Shown in pieces: positions 19,238 to 28,207 of a stretch of DNA of 38,200 nucleotides (its first letter is position 1; each line of letters starts with the position of its first letter). The notes under the pieces were generated by a model. It searched no databases. It saw only the letters and a program-made list of their open reading frames with translations, and was not told where the DNA came from. The position numbers and the translations under genes are program-made. This DNA is from Bacillota bacterium (GTDB lineage: Bacteria > Bacillota > Sulfobacillia > JAJZYS01 > JAJYTV01), in the NCBI GenBank assembly GCA_021810725.1, contig JAJZIE010000003.1, forward strand, positions 1 to 38,200, in the 5' to 3' direction.

Positions 19238-20281
19238 CTGTCGCATCAATACTTGCGGCGTAAAGAGCCGCAAGTTTCGGATAGGCTCGGACGGCCCCTC
19301 AGAGATCTGCGCATTTCCCTGACGGACCACTGCAATTTCCGCTGCGTCTATTGCATGCCGAAGGCCGTATTCGGCACGCGTTACCGTTTTGTCGACCATG
19401 CCGGACTCCTGACGTTCGCCGAGATCGAACGCCTCGTCCACCTCTTCGCGCAGCTCGGCGTCGGCAAGCTCCGCCTCACGGGCGGCGAACCGCTGCTTCG
19501 CCCGCACATCGAAGACCTGATCGCCGCGCTCGTCGCGGTGCCCGGCATCGAGGACATCGCCGTGACGACGAACGGTTCGCTCTTGACGGCAAAGAAGGCC
19601 AAGGCCCTCAAGGACGCGGGCCTTCGGCGCATCACGATCAGCATCGACTCCCTGCAGGACGAGACCTACCAGGCGATGAACGACGTCGGCTTCCCGGTGG
19701 CGAAGGTGCTCCAGGCGATCGACCACGCCGAGGCGGCCGGGCTGCCCGTGAAGCTCAACATGGTCGTGCGGCGCGGCCTGAACGACCAGGACATCCTGCC
19801 GATGGCGGAGCACTTCCGGCATACGCCGCATGTCCTGCGCTTCATCGAGTACATGGACGTCGGCAACATGAACGGCTGGCGTCCCGAGGATGTCGTGCCG
19901 TCCCGCGAGATCATGGCCCGCATCGGCGAGCGCTGGCCGCTCGAGCCGCTCGAGCCGAGCCGCTACGGCGAGGTGGCCTCCCGCTACGGCTACAAGGACG
20001 GCCAGGGTGAGATCGGATTCATCTCCTCGGTCTCGCAGCCCTTCTGCCAGACCTGCACGAGAGCCCGGCTGTCGCCCGAAGGCACGCTCTACACCTGCCT
20101 CTTCGGCACGTCCGGCAAAGACCTGCGCGAGCTTCTGCGCGGCGGCGCCGGCGACGACGAGATCCTCCAGGACCTCAAGCAGGTCTGGGGCTCACGCGAA
20201 GACCGCTACTCCGAGCTCAGGAGCCTGCTGCGCGGGCGTGGCGACGGCCAGAAGGTCGAGATGTTCCACATCGGCGGCTGA
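19238..20281 (+). CDS. moaA: GTP 3',8-cyclase (molybdenum cofactor biosynthesis)
   Basis: DRLGRPLRDLRISLTDHCNFRCVYCMP, LTGGEPLLR, FIEYMDVG, FCQTCTRARL..C, terminal IGG. The start is uncertain: CTG 19238 after GGGGGTG, GTG 19229 or TTG 19253. Confidence 0.96.
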   Translation: MSHQYLRRKEPQVSDRLGRPLRDLRISLTDHCNFRCVYCMPKAVFGTRYRFVDHAGLLTFAEIERLVHLFAQLGVGKLRLTGGEPLLRPHIEDLIAALVAVPGIEDIAVTTNGSLLTAKKAKALKDAGLRRITISIDSLQDETYQAMNDVGFPVAKVLQAIDHAEAAGLPVKLNMVVRRGLNDQDILPMAEHFRHTPHVLRFIEYMDVGNMNGWRPEDVVPSREIMARIGERWPLEPLEPSRYGEVASRYGYKDGQGEIGFISSVSQPFCQTCTRARLSPEGTLYTCLFGTSGKDLRELLRGGAGDDEILQDLKQVWGSREDRYSELRSLLRGRGDGQKVEMFHIGG

Positions 20282-20332
20282 AGGGCTGTGGGAACGCCCA
20301 TGGCCTTGGCGGGAGAGGGGAATCCGCCGGAA

Positions 20333-20348
20333 TGTGATCTGCGTCACC
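20333..20348. promoter_or_regulatory. Crp/Fnr-like box upstream of LuxR-type regulator
   Basis: TGTGA-TCTGCG-TCACC. A -10-like TAGCAT at 20370-20375 gives class II (-41.5) geometry. Confidence 0.65.
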
Positions 20349-20404
20349 TTTTCCGCCATGTGGCGCGGCTAGCATGACGGCGCAGACAGCTGGAGAGTGA
20401 CGGC

Positions 20405-21028
20405 ATGAGTGGACCGATCCGCGTCTACCTCGTCGATGCTCGCTCTATTTGGCGCTCCGGCCTGCGCGAGGCACTGGAAGCGGACCTGGCCTTCCTCGTC
20501 AAGGGCGAAGCGCCGGACCATGCTGCCGCCCGGCAGGATCCGGAGTTTGCGCGTAGCGATGTGCTCGTGACAAGCTGGCCGCCTCTCAGGTCGGGAGATC
20601 TGCCGGACCTGGGGCGGATACCCACGCTGGCGCTGATGCGTGAAGGGGCCGAACCGGGTGCAGGCATCAGGGCCTTGCAGGGCGGCGCCGCTGCCTGCCT
20701 TTATGACGATCTGGGCGCCAAGGACTTGCGCTCGGCGGTCCGCTTCGTGCACGAGGGCGGCTGCCTCGTCGACCCGCTGGTCGCCGCTGCCGTCACGCAG
20801 CGGATCCACGAGCCGCAGCGAGCCGTGCCCCAGCTCAGCGAAGTCGAAGCCAAGGTGGCCGCCTGTATCGCGCGCGGCTGCACCAACCGCGAGATCGCGA
20901 GCGAGACGGGGCTGGCCGAGCGCACCGTCGTGACGATCATCTCCTCCTTGCTGCAAAAGCTTGGCGTGCCCACGCGCAGCGCCGTGGCCGCATGGTGGAT
21001 CAGGCAAGGGAGCCACCCGGGCGACTGA
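20405..21028 (+). CDS. NarL/LuxR-family regulator with degenerate receiver domain
   Basis: C-terminal LuxR HTH (LSEVE..VAACIARGCTNREIA..L..TV..KLGVPTR). The N-terminus has a REC-like fold (IRVYLVD) without the canonical Asp. Confidence 0.88.
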   Translation: MSGPIRVYLVDARSIWRSGLREALEADLAFLVKGEAPDHAAARQDPEFARSDVLVTSWPPLRSGDLPDLGRIPTLALMREGAEPGAGIRALQGGAAACLYDDLGAKDLRSAVRFVHEGGCLVDPLVAAAVTQRIHEPQRAVPQLSEVEAKVAACIARGCTNREIASETGLAERTVVTIISSLLQKLGVPTRSAVAAWWIRQGSHPGD

Positions 21029-21036
21029 AGCGGAGA

Positions 21037-21070
21037 AGCCGCAGCGATCTCGCTGCGGCTCTCTTTTTCT
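21037..21070 (+). terminator. Intrinsic terminator between convergent regulator and tatA
   Basis: Inverted repeat AGCCGCAGCGA / TCGCTGCGGCT followed by CTCTTTTTCT. Confidence 0.8.
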
Positions 21071-21076
21071 GCGTGC

Positions 21077-21271
21077 CTAGGCCTTGTTCTCGCTGGGCGG
21101 CTCCTGCTTGGCCTCCACCGCTAGGTCGTGCTGGACCTCATTCATGGACTTGCGGAATTCCTTGATCGTCTTGCCGATGCCCGCGCCGATTTCGGGCAGG
21201 CGCTTCGGCCCGAAAAGCAGCAGGGCGATGACAAGGATGATGACCAAATGCACCGGTGTGAGTAGATCCAA
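21077..21271 (-). CDS. tatA: Twin-arginine translocase TatA/TatE subunit
   Basis: LVIILVIALLLFGPKRLPEIGAGIGKTIKEFRK. GGAGG lies 7 nt before TTG 21271. Confidence 0.95.
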   Translation of the reverse strand: MDLLTPVHLVIILVIALLLFGPKRLPEIGAGIGKTIKEFRKSMNEVQHDLAVEAKQEPPSENKA

Positions 21272-21343
21272 AATCACGCCTCCCTTGCGTCGGGGGCTTC
21301 TCCGACACCGCCAGTCTAGCAGAGGCGCTTTGCAAGGCAGCCG

Positions 21344-21436
21344 TCCGTAAGGGTGCAGCGCCACGCGTAAGGTTGGACCATTCGACAAAGTAGAAACGCC
21401 GCGAAGCGGCCATGGGATACTGAACGCCCTTACGGA
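21344..21436. repeat. CGTAAGG motif cluster in divergent tatA / Mo-enzyme promoter
   Basis: TCCGTAAGGG at 21344-21353, CGTAAGG at 21366-21372 (20 bp later) and the inverted copy CCCTTACGGA at 21427-21436. Confidence 0.55.
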
Positions 21437-21561
21437 TGCCATGTGCGGTCTGACGACGCCGGTCCACTTTCGGACAATAAAGGCGGAGCCAACGCCGGAT
21501 GAGGACACGGGCACACCTTTGGAAGAATGTAGCCCGTAGACATGTCGGGAGGTGGCTCACA

Positions 21562-24036
21562 ATGCCGAAAATCCGTCGGCGGACATTCCTCAAGGGAGTC
21601 GCGGGCGGCGTCGGCCTTGCCGCACTAAGCACCCCGAGCTTCCGCCTGCTGGAGGCCGCAGCCGCGGGCAAGAGCAAGCCGCAGGGGAGTCGGGACCAGA
21701 CGTTCCGCACCGGCCACTCGAACAACTGCGACGGCTCGTGCGGACATCTCGTGCACGTGCGGGATGGACGTGTACGCTTGATCGAGGGTGCCCCCTGGGA
21801 CGACACGACCGTATCGGGAGCGCAGGCGCCGGACTACCACGCTCGCATCTGCCTGCGTGGCATCTCGCAGATCCAGAACACCTATAGCCCCGACCGCATC
21901 CGCTATCCCTACAAGCGGATCGGTCCGCGCGGCTCCGGCCGCTGGCAGCGCATCACCTGGGGAGAAGCCACCTCGACCATCGCCCAGAAGTTCCAGGAGA
22001 TCCAGCAGAAGTACGGCAAGACGGCGATCTGGATCCCGCCGTACACGGGTTCGCTCAGTGTTCTCGAGGGCGTGATCGGAGCGGGCTACCGCTTCGCGAG
22101 CGTCATCGGCGCGTCCGGTGGGGACTTCGAAGGAGACAACGAGGGCGACTCCGCGACTCCGGCCGGCTTCAACTACGTCCTGGTCGACCCGACGAACCCC
22201 GCGAACGGCGGCGGCTTTCTCGACGGTCATGAATTCACGGACTTCATGAACTCCAAGGTTATTTTCCTCTGGGCCAACAACCTCGCGGAGACGTCGATCC
22301 CCGACTGGCGCACGGTGATGGCCGCCCGCAAGAACGGCACGAAAGTGGTCGCGCTGGACCCGCGCTTCACGCCGACCTCGGCCTCCGCCGACGTTTGGGT
22401 GCCGATCCGACCGGGTACGGACCCTGCGCTAGTGGACGGCATGATCCGCGACATCCTGCAACGGAACATGATCAACGAGGACTATCTGAGGTCCTACAGC
22501 GTCGCTCCGTTCCTGGTGCGCGAGGACACGAAGCTCTTCCTGAGGGAGAAGGACGTGACGCCGGGCGGATCCGACGCGTACATGGTCATGGACAAGGACG
22601 GAAGCCTGAAGGCGGTCACGGACCCGAACCTCAAGCAGGCGCGGCTCTACGCCGCCACGACCGTGGGCAAGATGCGTGTGCGCACGGCTTTGCAGGCGCT
22701 ACGCGACGCCATGGAACCCTACACGCCCGAGTACGTCGCGAAGATCACCGACGTCAAGCCCGAGATGGTGACACAGCTCGCCGAGCTGTACGCCCAGGCG
22801 AACCCCGCGGCGATCAAGTGCGGCTTCGGCCTGTCGCACTGGTACCGGGGTGACCTCACCTACCAAGCGATGCTCACGATGGCGGCCCTGACGGGCAACA
22901 TCGGCGTGCACGGCGGCGGCGTGACCACATACAGCGGCGCCCTGCTCACCACCGCTTACGACCTCGGCGACTGGCTCTTCCCAGATGGCAAGAGCTACAC
23001 CTACCTACCGCCGATGCAAGCCTGCGACGCAATGCTCAAGAACGACCCCTATCCCGTGCGGGCCGCCTGGTTCGTCGTGGACAACTACGCCCAGCAGATG
23101 TCGGACAAGAACAAGGTGCGCAAAGCGCTCGAATCCCTCGACTTCCTCGTTGTCTCGGACTATGTCATGTCGGCGACGGCCGACTTGGCGGACATTGTCC
23201 TGCCGAGCTGCACCTACCTCGAGAAGACCGACCTCCTTGGCAGCGGCAATTACTATCTGCAGTACATGCCCAAGGTGATCGAACCGCTTTGGGAGTCGAA
23301 GTCAGACCTCGACCAGTTCACTATGGTCGCCCGCAAGATGGGCTACGGCAAGTACTTCGACAAGACCCCCGACGAGTACATCACCCAGATCCTGCGCATC
23401 GGCCAGAAGGATGCGGACGCGACGGTGGCCGGGCTGACGTGGGACCAACTGAAGAACGGAGCTCCGCATCTCAACACCGCAACGGTGCCCTACGTGCCGT
23501 TCTTCAACAAGCAGTTCCCGACGAAGTCCGGGCGGATCGAGTTCTACGTCGAGCTGCTGGTGCCGTACGACCAGGAGCTCTGCGGCTACAAGGAACCGAT
23601 CGAAGCGACGCCCTCGAATCCGCTCTACAAGAAGTACCCGCTCGTCTTCCTCTCCACCCACACGCGCTTCCGCACGCACTCGCAGTACACGCACCTGCCC
23701 TGGCTTGACGAGATCAACAACCAGGGCCAGGGCTTCCTGGAGATCAACCCGCGGGACGCCAGGGCGCGTGGCATCGCTGACGGCGCGGTGGTCCGGGTCT
23801 TCAACGACCGTGGCGAGATGAAGGTGCACGCGCGGTACACCGAAGGCATCAAGCCCGGCGTCGTCAACTGCTACCAGGGCGGTTGGGACACGGTCCGCGT
23901 CAAGCAGTACGTCGAGGGCCATCCGAACAACCTGACGCACCAGATTGCGAACCCGGCCCAGTCCATCATCCCGAACTTCCGCTCGAACGCGGCGTACTAC
24001 GACTGCCTCTGCCAAGTCGAACCGGTGGGAGTGTGA
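21562..24036 (+). CDS. Tat-exported Mo-bisPGD (DMSO reductase family) catalytic subunit, substrate unknown
   Basis: Tat motif RRRTFLK; FS0 motif HSNNCDGSC..ICLRG; DPRFT..ADVWVPIRPGTD; ADIVLP; HTRFRTHSQ; EINPRDA C-terminal domain. GGAGG precedes ATG 21562. Confidence 0.93.
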   Translation: MPKIRRRTFLKGVAGGVGLAALSTPSFRLLEAAAAGKSKPQGSRDQTFRTGHSNNCDGSCGHLVHVRDGRVRLIEGAPWDDTTVSGAQAPDYHARICLRGISQIQNTYSPDRIRYPYKRIGPRGSGRWQRITWGEATSTIAQKFQEIQQKYGKTAIWIPPYTGSLSVLEGVIGAGYRFASVIGASGGDFEGDNEGDSATPAGFNYVLVDPTNPANGGGFLDGHEFTDFMNSKVIFLWANNLAETSIPDWRTVMAARKNGTKVVALDPRFTPTSASADVWVPIRPGTDPALVDGMIRDILQRNMINEDYLRSYSVAPFLVREDTKLFLREKDVTPGGSDAYMVMDKDGSLKAVTDPNLKQARLYAATTVGKMRVRTALQALRDAMEPYTPEYVAKITDVKPEMVTQLAELYAQANPAAIKCGFGLSHWYRGDLTYQAMLTMAALTGNIGVHGGGVTTYSGALLTTAYDLGDWLFPDGKSYTYLPPMQACDAMLKNDPYPVRAAWFVVDNYAQQMSDKNKVRKALESLDFLVVSDYVMSATADLADIVLPSCTYLEKTDLLGSGNYYLQYMPKVIEPLWESKSDLDQFTMVARKMGYGKYFDKTPDEYITQILRIGQKDADATVAGLTWDQLKNGAPHLNTATVPYVPFFNKQFPTKSGRIEFYVELLVPYDQELCGYKEPIEATPSNPLYKKYPLVFLSTHTRFRTHSQYTHLPWLDEINNQGQGFLEINPRDARARGIADGAVVRVFNDRGEMKVHARYTEGIKPGVVNCYQGGWDTVRVKQYVEGHPNNLTHQIANPAQSIIPNFRSNAAYYDCLCQVEPVGV

Positions 24037-24042
24037 CGAACG

Positions 24043-24750
24043 ATGGCCCGCTGGGGAATGGTGATTGACCAGAGCAAGTGCGTCGGCTGCTGGACATGCG
24101 CTGTCGGCTGCAAGGCCATCAACGACGAGCCGCTCGGGTACTGGTGGAACCGCGTGCTTACGACCGAGCCCGACAGCTCGGCGCAGGTCGCCGCGCCCGC
24201 CACGCCGGCGGTGGACGTCCCGCACGGCACGTACCCGAACCTCGAACTCGCCTATCTGCCGCTGGCGTGCCAGCACTGCAACGACGCGCCCTGCGAGAAG
24301 GTCTGTCCGGTCGGGGCCACCTTCCGGCGCGACGACGGGCTGATCCTGATCGACTACGAGCGCTGCATCGGCTGTCGCTACTGTGTCGCAGCCTGCCCCT
24401 ACGGTGTACGCATCTTCAACTGGGGTCCCGCGAAGCGCGAGCCCGACTTCGTGATCGGCTACGGCGAGGAGTACCGGACGGGCGGACGGCTCGTGTTCGA
24501 GCCGGTACGGCCTGTGGGGATCGTGGAGAAGTGCACGCTCTGCGTCGAGCGTGTCGACGCGAACGAGCAGCCGTTCTGCGTGGACGTCTGCCCTGTCGGG
24601 GCACGTGTCTTCGGCGACCTCGACGACCCGAAGAGCGAGGTCTCGGTGCTGGTCAACGACGAAGGAGCGGAACAGCTTCTCGCGGAGCTCGGCACGAACC
24701 CTAACGTCTATTACCTGCCGTCCTCGCATCCGAGCAAGGTATCCGACTGA
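24043..24750 (+). CDS. Four-cluster 4Fe-4S subunit (DmsB/PsrB/NrfC-like)
   Basis: KCVGCWTCAVGCK, CQHCNDAPCEKVCP, CIGCRYCVAACPY, KCTLC..PFCVDVCP..FGDLDDP. Confidence 0.95.
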   Translation: MARWGMVIDQSKCVGCWTCAVGCKAINDEPLGYWWNRVLTTEPDSSAQVAAPATPAVDVPHGTYPNLELAYLPLACQHCNDAPCEKVCPVGATFRRDDGLILIDYERCIGCRYCVAACPYGVRIFNWGPAKREPDFVIGYGEEYRTGGRLVFEPVRPVGIVEKCTLCVERVDANEQPFCVDVCPVGARVFGDLDDPKSEVSVLVNDEGAEQLLAELGTNPNVYYLPSSHPSKVSD

Positions 24751-24769
24751 AGGAAGGGGTTGGCGAACC

Positions 24770-25990
24770 ATGGTCAACAGCAGCGTCCGAACAGACCTGC
24801 CTAGGGCACCCGGCCTAGCGCGCAGCCCCTGGACCTGGCTTCTCGGCGTCCTGGTGCTGCTCGGTCTCGTCGCCTGGGTCTACGAGCTCGGGCACGGGCT
24901 CGCGGCTACAGGCATGCGCGACGTGGTCTCCTGGGGCATGTACATCTTCACCTTCGCCTACCTCGTCGGCCTCTCCGCGGGCGGACTGATCGTCGCCTCC
25001 TCGTCGGAGGTCTTCCACATCGAGGCCCTCAGGCCGCTCGCGCGCCTGGGCGTCCTCACGGCCGCGGTCTTCTCCGCCGCCGCGGGGCTGATGATCATCC
25101 CGGACCTCGGCCAGCCGATCCGGGTGCTGAACCTGTTCATCTTCCCGAACTGGACGTCGCCACTCGTGTGGGACGTCACGATCATCACGATCTACTTCCT
25201 CTTCTCCGTCCTGGAACTCTGGGTGATGGTGCGCCGCCCCGAGAAGAAGAAGACGCTCACGACGCTTGCGTTCATCGGCCTGCCGCTCGCCGTGCTGCTC
25301 CATTCGATCACAGCCATCATCTTCGGCCTGCAGATGTCGAGGCCATGGTGGAACACGGCGCTCATGGCGCCCATCTTCGTGGCGTCCGCGATCCTCTCCG
25401 GCACCGCGCTGATCGTGCTGATCGCCTGGATCCTGCAGCGCTACAACAACCTGCGCATCCCTGCGGCCACCTGGCGCTGGCTTGCCGGGCTCATGGTCAT
25501 GGCGCTGTTCGTCGACCTCTTCTTCGTGGCCTCGGACTACGTGACCATCGCCTGGGACAACATCCCGAAGGACCGGCAGGTACTGGACCTCATCCTGCCC
25601 GGTGGCCCCTACCAGCTCACCTTCTGGTTCGAGTGGGTCCTCGGCGGCGTGATCCCGTTTGTCATCCTCGCCTCCTCGAAGTTGCGCGCCAAGGCCAGCA
25701 ACCTGGCGCTCGCCGCCGCGCTGATCCTGATGGGCGTCTACGCCTTCCGCATCGAGCTCGTCATTCCGGCGTTCGTCAACCCGCTGATCCAGTTGCCACC
25801 GGGCACCTCGCTCGGAGCCGTCTCGACGAGCGGATCCTTCCAGCTCGTCGGGCACTACAGCCCGACCTGGGTGGAGTATCTGATCACCGTCGGCCTCTTC
25901 GCGCTGACCGCTCTGGCGATCGCGATAGGGTATCGCCGCCTGCATCTCGGACGCACCATCCAGGAGGCGGCGGAGCATGTCGCGGACTGA
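24770..25990 (+). CDS. NrfD/PsrC-family membrane anchor subunit
   Basis: TGMRDVVSWGMYI..VGLSAGG, PDLGQP, SPLVWD, LHS, RPWW, PTWVE; about ten TM segments. Confidence 0.93.
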   Translation: MVNSSVRTDLPRAPGLARSPWTWLLGVLVLLGLVAWVYELGHGLAATGMRDVVSWGMYIFTFAYLVGLSAGGLIVASSSEVFHIEALRPLARLGVLTAAVFSAAAGLMIIPDLGQPIRVLNLFIFPNWTSPLVWDVTIITIYFLFSVLELWVMVRRPEKKKTLTTLAFIGLPLAVLLHSITAIIFGLQMSRPWWNTALMAPIFVASAILSGTALIVLIAWILQRYNNLRIPAATWRWLAGLMVMALFVDLFFVASDYVTIAWDNIPKDRQVLDLILPGGPYQLTFWFEWVLGGVIPFVILASSKLRAKASNLALAAALILMGVYAFRIELVIPAFVNPLIQLPPGTSLGAVSTSGSFQLVGHYSPTWVEYLITVGLFALTALAIAIGYRRLHLGRTIQEAAEHVAD

Positions 25991-26618
25991 CCCGGCCGAC
26001 ATGGGCCTGACGCCGTACGCCGCCGCCTCCGCGGCCGCGGCCGCCCTGGCGGCATTCTGGGGAGAACCGGAGCTGAAGTCGCTGCGGCTCTGGCGGAGCG
26101 AGGCGCTCCAGAGTGACCTCGCTCTTCTGGCCGGAATGCTCGAGGCGGGCAAGCACCTTCTTGACCCCCTGCGCGCCGCGCTCAAGTCGCCACATCGGGT
26201 TCTGGCGGAGGAGTACGAACGGCTCTTTGTCGGGCCGGGAACCGTGCCGTGCCCACCCTACGAGGCGCTCTGGCGCAAGGATCGGCCGAAGCTCGAGCAG
26301 GGGACGGTGTTCGGTGCCGTCACCGGCCGGGTGGCGGACCTCTACGACGACATTGGTGTGCAGATGCGCGCGGACCTGCGCGAACTCCCGGACCACGTCT
26401 CGGCGGAGTGGGAGGCGGTCGCCCACGGCCTCAAAGGCGGCGCCGAGCAGCGCCGGGCGGCGCGGGAACTTGTCACGGATCACCTGCGGGTCTGGCTGCC
26501 GCCGTTCTGCGGCCAGGTCCGGGAGGCCGCAAGCCTGCCGTTCTACGGACTCGTCGCCAGCTTGACCGAAGCATGGCTCCCTGCGCTTGCGGAGCTTCCA
26601 GGCGGGGACGAAGACTGA
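25977..26618 (+). CDS. TorD/DmsD-family chaperone
   Basis: EYERLFVGPG..PPYE, ELPDHVSAE, HLRVWLPPF. Confidence 0.92.
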   Translation: MSRTDPADMGLTPYAAASAAAAALAAFWGEPELKSLRLWRSEALQSDLALLAGMLEAGKHLLDPLRAALKSPHRVLAEEYERLFVGPGTVPCPPYEALWRKDRPKLEQGTVFGAVTGRVADLYDDIGVQMRADLRELPDHVSAEWEAVAHGLKGGAEQRRAARELVTDHLRVWLPPFCGQVREAASLPFYGLVASLTEAWLPALAELPGGDED

Positions 26619-26636
26619 AAGGCCCTGGGGAGGACG

Positions 26637-28031
26637 GTGGCCGTGCCGGAGCTCGAGATAGCCATCGACCCTGAGCTGCCGAGCGATCTCGCGCTGGATC
26701 TGCGCCGGCACCTTGAGGAGCGCTGGCCGGACGTCGCGGTCACCCCGCTGCGGCTGCCGGCCCCCCAGCGTGACGCCCGCGACGGGCCGCTGCTCGTACT
26801 GCTTCGGCCTGATGCCACACCGCCTCCAGCCGACCCGGGAACACTGGCCGTGGTGCCATGGGACAGGGCAGCCGACGCGCAGGGCAGGGGCCCCCTGTTC
26901 CGTCAGGTGGACGTCGAGATCGCCCGCGTCACGGCGCAGCGTCGAGGACGCCCTCCCGAGCGCGATGTCTCGCCGCCACCGCGGGAGATGACACGGCGCG
27001 CCCTCCTGCGCATTCCGCTGCCGATCGGCCGGCCACTTCCGCCCGTCCCGTGGTTCGAGGCCGGGCTTTGCCTACAGGCGGAGGGCTGCGACAAGTGCGC
27101 CGCCTGCTGCCCGCAGGGAGCGTTCAGCCTCTCCGCCGGAGAAGCGGTCATCGACGCCGCGGCTTGCACCGGTTGCGGCGTCTGCGTCGCGACGTGCCCG
27201 ACAGGCGCCGTCGAAAGCGCCCATCTTGGCGACGGCCAGTGGCGCGCGGCTCTCGGTGTCCTCAAAGCAGATCCTGGGGAACGACGTCTGGCTTTGCGCT
27301 GCCCACAGTCGTCGCCTGGTGTCCCGGACGACCGCCTCACCCTGCAGGTGGGCTGCATCGGCGAGGTCGGCTGGTATCACGTCCTGACCTGCCACGCGGA
27401 GACCGGGCACCTGCCCGAACTCTCGTGCGAAAGGCGCGACTGCCACCTGAGGCCGCAGGCAGAGGCTGCCCTGGCCCGCCTCGAGTTGGCCGCGGCGTCG
27501 TTGCCCGCGGGCTTGGCCGAAATGCCCACGGTGAAGGCAGCCGACACGCCCAGGGCTCCGCGGCGCGGCGATATCGCGACCGCCTTGCGGCGGCTGGGAA
27601 TGGCCATCGGCGAGGAGGCCAGACCGGAGATCTGGCCGCAGCTCGGGTGGACGCCGCAAGTGGGTGGCAACTGCACGCTGTGCGGCGGCTGCGTCCAGAC
27701 GTGTCCTGCGGGCGTGTTCGCCATCGAGGAGGAGGCACTCGCGACAAGCCTGCGGGTCGACGCGGCCTTGTGCACGGGCTGCGGTGCCTGTGCGCGAACC
27801 TGTCCCGAACAGGCACTGGAGGTCGTGCCTGCGCGCATCTCAGAGCTTCTGGGGTCCTTGGAGCGATTCCATGCGGCGAAGCAGCTCTGCAAGGGATGTG
27901 GGCAGCCTTACGAGTCGCCGACATTCGTCGCGGCATTGCGACAGCGCATGGTGAAGGCCGGCTTCGGCGGTCCACTCGTGGAGCGGCTCGACTATTGTCC
28001 GGAGTGCCGAGCAGCATTGCCGCGCGGGTGA
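26637..28031 (+). CDS. Polyferredoxin / 4Fe-4S binding accessory protein
   Basis: Four CxxCxxCxxxCP-type motifs (CDKCAACCP, CTGCGVCVATCP, CTLCGGCVQTCP, CTGCGACARTCP) plus a terminal CKGC..CPEC. Confidence 0.88.
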   Translation: MAVPELEIAIDPELPSDLALDLRRHLEERWPDVAVTPLRLPAPQRDARDGPLLVLLRPDATPPPADPGTLAVVPWDRAADAQGRGPLFRQVDVEIARVTAQRRGRPPERDVSPPPREMTRRALLRIPLPIGRPLPPVPWFEAGLCLQAEGCDKCAACCPQGAFSLSAGEAVIDAAACTGCGVCVATCPTGAVESAHLGDGQWRAALGVLKADPGERRLALRCPQSSPGVPDDRLTLQVGCIGEVGWYHVLTCHAETGHLPELSCERRDCHLRPQAEAALARLELAAASLPAGLAEMPTVKAADTPRAPRRGDIATALRRLGMAIGEEARPEIWPQLGWTPQVGGNCTLCGGCVQTCPAGVFAIEEEALATSLRVDAALCTGCGACARTCPEQALEVVPARISELLGSLERFHAAKQLCKGCGQPYESPTFVAALRQRMVKAGFGGPLVERLDYCPECRAALPRG

Positions 28032-28072
28032 GCGTTCGGATCCGGCCGGACGATCACCAGCCATCTGCCAGA

Positions 28073-28107
28073 AGACGGACCGCCTCCCCGGGGGGAGCGG
28101 CCCGTCT
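28073..28107. terminator. Hairpin between convergent polyferredoxin and ATPase genes
   Basis: Stem AGACGG(A)CCGC / GCGG(C)CCGTCT, without a strong U-tract. Confidence 0.45.
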
Positions 28108-28147
28108 GGGTTTCCGGCGTCAGGTCGAGGGGGTGCCGTGACGGCGC
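28079..28147. repeat. Degenerate copy of narK 3' end and terminator (copy 1)
   Basis: Shares CCGCCTCCC, AGCGGCCC, GCCCGTCT, GTCAGGTCG and the exact 19-mer GGGGGTGCCGTGACGGCGC (28129-28147) with 29594-29681. Confidence 0.8.
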
Positions 28148-28207
28148 AGGCAGCCGCGCCGCCCTCGGACTCCCACAAACGCATGGAACCGATGTATATG
28201 GGTATGT

